A DNA stretch of 64,000 bases. It comes from the human T2T-CHM13v2.0 reference genome, Homo sapiens. Under the pieces are notes generated by a model. The model made no database searches. It worked only from the letters and a program-made list of their open reading frames with translations, and was not told the DNA's origin. Every line of letters begins with the position of its first letter. Position 1 is the first letter of the stretch. The position numbers and the translations under genes are program-made. Of the stretch, positions 57,962 to 64,000 are shown piece by piece. The stretch lies in assembly GCF_009914755.1 (NCBI RefSeq), contig NC_060928.1; one strand, 5' to 3'.

Positions 57962-58045
57962 CTAGAAGAGAGAACACACTCGTCAGGCCACACAACGCTT
58001 GGAACGTGCAGTAAAGATGTAAGTAAAAGACATCAAGTCTCATAC

Positions 58046-58091
58046 CATTTTCTGGAATGTCGACAGTCTGATTGCTGAGAATAGTCTTCAT
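58046..58091 (-). CDS. RPL9: RPL9 exon 2 CDS (start codon)
   Basis: TTTCAG|A ATG AAG ACT ([15 protein letters not shown]). Coding exons sum to 579 nt = 192 aa plus stop. Confidence 0.98.
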
Positions 58092-58542
58092 TCTGAAACA
58101 CAAACACTGGGGGTGAGGCCGACGCAAGGCCCGTTTTTCCACCAAACTACGCCGCACAGAGCTCCACTCCTACTGGAGACTGCCAGGCGGAAGTTCCAGA
58201 CAAGATGTCGGAGGACGGGAGACCGACAGCGGGCCCCAGTGTGTCCCAGCCTGGAAGGAGCAGCCCCAAAGCGAGAATTACGAGGCCCAGCAGTCGAACT
58301 CCCACTCAGCCCAACCCTGGAAGTCCTATGCGGGCGGTGCCATCCCGGCAAGACTGAGGGGCGGGAATAGGCCAAAAAGCCCACAACAGGATTCGCATCT
58401 GGCGCCGCCAGGCTCATATGGCGCTTGCCGAGCTGGGGGACAAACAGGACAAGGTTCCGAGAGTGGGAGCCGCGCCGCAGCCTTTCCCAGAGCAGATGGT
58501 TTCAGATTCCCAGTACCCCCAGGAGCACAGAAACATCCTTAC

Positions 58543-58567
58543 CTCGCAGTAGACGCAGCAAAGAAAG
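58543..58567 (-). other. RPL9: RPL9 non-coding exon 1 with TCT initiator / 5'TOP
   Basis: Minus strand T-CTTTCTTT-GCTGCGTCTACTGCGAG|GTAAGG; matches YC(+1)TYTYY, typical of ribosomal protein genes. Confidence 0.88.
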
Positions 58568-58769
58568 AACGTCTGTCGTCATTACGTACTTGTATCGCGT
58601 AAGGGGCCTGCGTATTGCGTCATGAGTGCGCGACGCACGTAAGGCTAAAGCAGCCAATCGTGGAGCAGCTTGGCTGCTTGTCATAAATGGAGCGACGTAA
58701 TTTCGACCTGTCCTTTCCCGGGAGTTAGCGATCCCTCAACCCCTGCACTGCGCTAGTCCTAAAGAGGAA

Positions 58770-58814
58770 ATGTCTCTACGCTGCGGGGATGCAGCCCGCA
58801 CCCTGGGGCCCCGG
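58770..58814 (+). CDS. LIAS: Lipoyl synthase exon 1 CDS (start of mitochondrial presequence)
   Basis: MSLRCGDAARTLGPR; donor CGG|GTGAGC. Confidence 0.95.
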
Positions 58815-59310
58815 GTGAGCGGCGGGGCGAACGGGTTTGGGCGTGGGGTGGGGGGATCCTATCCCTTCAGAGCGCCCATGCCCAATAATAAAGGCCAGTG
58901 CATTTACTGAACATTTACTACTAGCCAACGGCAGTTTTAAACGTTTTTCGTGTAATCTCATGTAATTATCCCGCCAGCCCCATGATATAGAGTCTCTGGC
59001 ATCAGTTTGTTTGCAAGTCTCTCTGGGCCAGCACCGAGGACTTATTTTCTGCTTAGAGTGGTTTGTACCCTATATTTATGGAGCACTGCAGTGAGCACCC
59101 CACATAGCTATTCTGTCTTGGACTCTTACTGTGTGTGAGACACCACTCTAGCCGCAGAGAACACAAACCTGTCCGCTAGGCTTCAGCGGCAGACATTGAG
59201 AAGTGCAGTAGCAATCGTGCAACACCCTAACAGGCACTCTTTGAGTTGTCGAAGGTTCTTTTGAGATACATGTGCAGACTCGTGGATTTTGTAGTGTTTT
59301 GGCTATCTCA

Positions 59311-59677
<367 letters not shown>

Positions 59678-60442
59678 CTAATTGGGCATTATTAACCTAC
59701 GTTTCAACAATTATTCAAAGCTCGAGAGATTTATTGCACACTTCACTTTAAACGCCCCTGATTCAAGTCAGGACCAGAACAGTTTTAAACTGTGGCACCT
59801 TCTTCAGTTATTGCAGTTCAATCTTGTTGAAAGACAAACATCTAGTTCCTGGTAGGTGGAGTACATGAAAGTGTGATATATGTTAGTTCCAGAGATTTTC
59901 GGGCCGGGTGCGGTGGCTTACGCCTGTAATCCCAGCACTTTGGGAGGCCGAGGCAGGTGGATCACCTGAGGTCAGGAGATCGAGACCATCCTGGCTAACA
60001 TGGTAAAACCCTGTCTCTACTAAAAATACAAAAAAATTAGCCGGGCGTGGTGGCGGGCGCCTGTAGTCCCAGCTACTCAGGAGGCTGAGGCAGGAGAATG
60101 GCGTGAACCCGGGAGGCGGAGCTTGCGGTGAGCCAAGATTGCGCCACTGCACTCCAGCCTGGGCAACAGAGCAAGACTCCGTCTCAAAAAAAAAAAAAAA
60201 AAAAACAGATTTCCAAATCTATTCTAAACTCAGTAGTAAACAGTCAACTCTTACTCTCTTTTAGGTTTGGTTCCTTCAGTCATCTTTTATATTCTAATGC
60301 CCTAGAATACTAGAGCTCCTAGTTTGACATAATTTCTGAATCACTTTTTTGGCTTTACCCTTCCGTTTAGGTGTTATGATGGGTTAAAACTAAATTATTA
60401 CGGACTCCACTAAATAAACGTCATAATTAACTCTTTCTTTAG

Positions 60443-60616
<174 letters not shown>

Positions 60617-61317
60617 TAATTGAAAATTTGAGATAATTTTAACGTCCCGTTCCTTTATTGTGCATTATTTTCAGATATAACCAAGCCCTAGAATCTGTTT
60701 TTAATATCAGACTTGTTAAATTTAGCTAAAAATCATTAGAAAGATGTGATAACAGAACTAGATAGAACAAGTAAGCAGATGAAATTTTTGGAATCTTTCT
60801 CTTTTCTCTTGCCCTTACTATGTTACACTGCCATCTCCCCATTTTCTACCCAGCATCCAACTTCTTCAGAGTAAAGATTACTGCTTTGCTACTAGTCTGT
60901 TAGATCTGGGTTAGTAGCTGTTGATGATCTAACTTGTGCTTCTCCTAGTCAATTTACATGTGACCTATGGATACCTTGCCTTAATTTAAAAGAATGATGG
61001 AATTTTATGTAGAAGGTAGATTGAGTTGAAAGATAACTTAATCCTGCTCCTTCTATATCACAAGTGGATGGAAGTCATGGAGAACCAAGGATACACAGTC
61101 TCCAGTCCAAATTTTAGATCTTTTTTCCATTGAGTAACCACTATAAAATCTAGAATGTAGAGCAGACAGTGCACAGTTGTGATCTTTCCTCAGTCTAAAC
61201 AAGTAGAGTACTTTTTGGCAGTATCATTCATGAGGGATGAGATATTTGAAAACTTGCTCATTCTCTTATTAGAATAGTGTAACTCTGCCTTTGCAAAAAA
61301 GGTAGACGTGAGTATAG

Positions 61318-61560
<243 letters not shown>

Positions 61561-61848
61561 TAGTCTCGAACTCCTGACCTTGTGATCCGCCCACCTCGGC
61601 CTCCCAAAGTGCTGGGATTACAGGCATGAGCCACCACATCCGGCCATTATTGGTGTTTTCTAAAGTGGTTTGAGCAAGGCTAAATTTGATTCTGTGTTCT
61701 TACTCCTATGACAGAAATTATAAGAGTTATTCTAAGGTTATAGAAAAAATTATTAACTAGGAATTGTAATAGAAGAAATTAACTTCAAAGCTGTGTAATT
61801 ATTTGGCAGCATATTTGTTAATAGATAGTTATGTTTGGCTTTCCTTAG

Positions 61849-61942
61849 GTTAAGACTACCTCCATGGCTAAAGACAGAGATTCCCATGGGGAAAAATTAC
61901 AATAAACTGAAAAATACTTTGCGGAATTTAAATCTCCATACA
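61849..61942 (+). CDS. LIAS: LIAS exon 3
   Basis: [32 protein letters not shown]; 94 nt. Confidence 0.97.
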
Positions 61943-62342
61943 GTAAGTTGTCAAAGTGTAAACTATCCCTCTTCACCAAAAGCCATGTTTCTACGTTTAT
62001 ATAACTTAAAAATTATTAATAAATATATAAATAATAGCAAAGAAAGTAAATATGTTAAGTGATACATTACTACCAGGAATGGAAATATATTTAGAATCAT
62101 TTTTCCGGCAAACAAAGAGATTTTTTGCCCTACGAGTTTGGAAACAAGGCTTTGTTTGTTTTATATTGCAAATTAGATATATGATTTGTTGGAAAGAATA
62201 TAAAATTAAATATGAAGGTATGTCACATACGCAATGCCATATATAAACCATACTCCTTTACCTTTAACTCTTCAGTATATAATCTTTCAGACTTTTTTAT
62301 TTGCACATATGAAGTATATACATTCGTAAAGTTTTTAATTTA

Positions 62343-62635
<293 letters not shown>

Positions 62636-63150
62636 TTAAAAAATAAAAATTCAAGTCTGTCCATTCTTACATAATTATGTAAGGGAGTACACCTCTATAG
62701 GACATGCTCACTACACTCTAATCTTAATATAGAGTTGGGCAGTTTAACAGCCTTTTTTTTTTTTTTTTGAAGACAGGGCATTGCTCTGTTGTCTATGCTG
62801 GAGTGCTGTGGTACAATTGCCTTGACCTCCCAGGCTCAAGTGATCCTCTCTCCTCAGCCTTCTGAGTAGCTGGGAGTATAGGTGCACATTACCACGCCTG
62901 ACTAACTTTGATTTTTTGTAGAGGCAGGATTTCACTATGTTGCCCAGACTGGTTCCAGACTCCTGGGCTCAAGCAATCCTCCTGCCTCAGCTTCCCAAAG
63001 TGCTGGAATTACAGGCATGAGCCAGCGCACTTGGTCTTAACAGCATTTTTGAATAGTGAATGTCTTCAAAAATATGTTGTAAACAATGAGAAGTTTAAAA
63101 TGTCTAATCACAGTCACCAACTGTTTAGTTGGTGGATATTGTCAACCTAA

Positions 63151-63291
<141 letters not shown>

Positions 63292-64000
63292 TAGAAACTG
63301 AAAGGGACTATTTTGTGTCTTCCTCCTAAAAATGTGCATTATGAATCTCTGGTCAGATTTTTCATTACATTTGCATTTATGAAAAATATTAAGAAAAAAC
63401 CTGATGGAATAATCCAACCTGTTGTAATCTCACCCTTCTCTGAATAAATCTATTATTGGTTCTTTCATTTATGTGATAGTTAATCACGTGCTGCCTTGAG
63501 ATACCTCTCCTATCAATGTTTGGAAACATTATTCATGATTGCTTAGCTTTTTATGTGTTTTCTGTTTAACATATTCAACAAGAAGGAGCTGTGCTTTCTG
63601 TTTTTACATCCATAGAGACCTGTACATTGATCTGTCATATATTTTATGTCTTTTAAAATCATCTTTTTTTATTATTGAATAGATATAAAAGTATCTTCAT
63701 AGGCCGGGTGCAGTGGCTCATGCCTGTAAGCTCAGCATTTTGGGAGGCCAAGGCAGGCAGATCATTTGAACCCAGGAGTTCAAGACCAGCTGGGCAACAT
63801 GGTAAAACCTTGTCCATACAAAAAAAAAGTTTTTAAAAATTAGCTGGGCATGGTGGCACTTGCCTGTATACCCAACTTCTGAGGAGGCTGAGGTGGGAGG
63901 ATCACTTGAGCCCAACAGGTTGAGGCTGCAGTAAGACATGATCATGCCACTGCATCCCAGCCTAGACTACAGAGCAAGACCCTGTTTCAAAAAAAAAAAA

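Larger units (their letters stand above)
57900..59000. promoter_or_regulatory. CpG island and RPL9/LIAS bidirectional promoter
   Basis: CpG-dense; NF-Y box AGCCAATCG (CCAAT 58654-58658), TTGCGTCA 58615-58622, ETS/GABP CGGAAGT 58188-58194, YY1-like ATGGCG 58418-58423. Confidence 0.85.

Noticed and set aside
58088-58961. Arg/Pro/Ala-rich ORFs in the RPL9/LIAS CpG island
   Set aside because: Compositional artefacts of GC-rich promoter DNA.

Overview
Human genomic DNA (the 4p14 KLB-RPL9-LIAS locus, recognised from the encoded proteins). The window holds the complete beta-Klotho gene KLB (+; 5 coding exons, 3135 nt, 1044 aa), the complete ribosomal protein gene RPL9 (-; 8 exons, 192 aa) convergent with KLB, and the first four coding exons of lipoyl synthase LIAS (+), head-to-head with RPL9 across a ~200 bp CpG-island promoter. 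KLB introns carry the MIR5591 hairpin and a Y3 RNA retrocopy. Roughly 65-70 Alu copies or fragments (about 30% of the window, estimated by eye) plus L1, L2, MIR, MER20 and LTR33-like relics account for most of the short ORFs in the track. I found no new multi-gene system. The best leads are regulatory or RNA-level: an Alu that appears to have split the proximal KLB polyA signal from its GU-rich downstream element; a frame-preserving KLB exon 2-3 module flanked by inverted Alus (candidate stop-less circRNA); a miRNA hairpin made by fold-back duplication inside an L1; a stop-free 84-nt RPL9 intron; and twin TCT-like initiators in the RPL9/LIAS promoter. Splice-site and motif coordinates were counted by hand; repeat boundaries and subfamily names are approximate.
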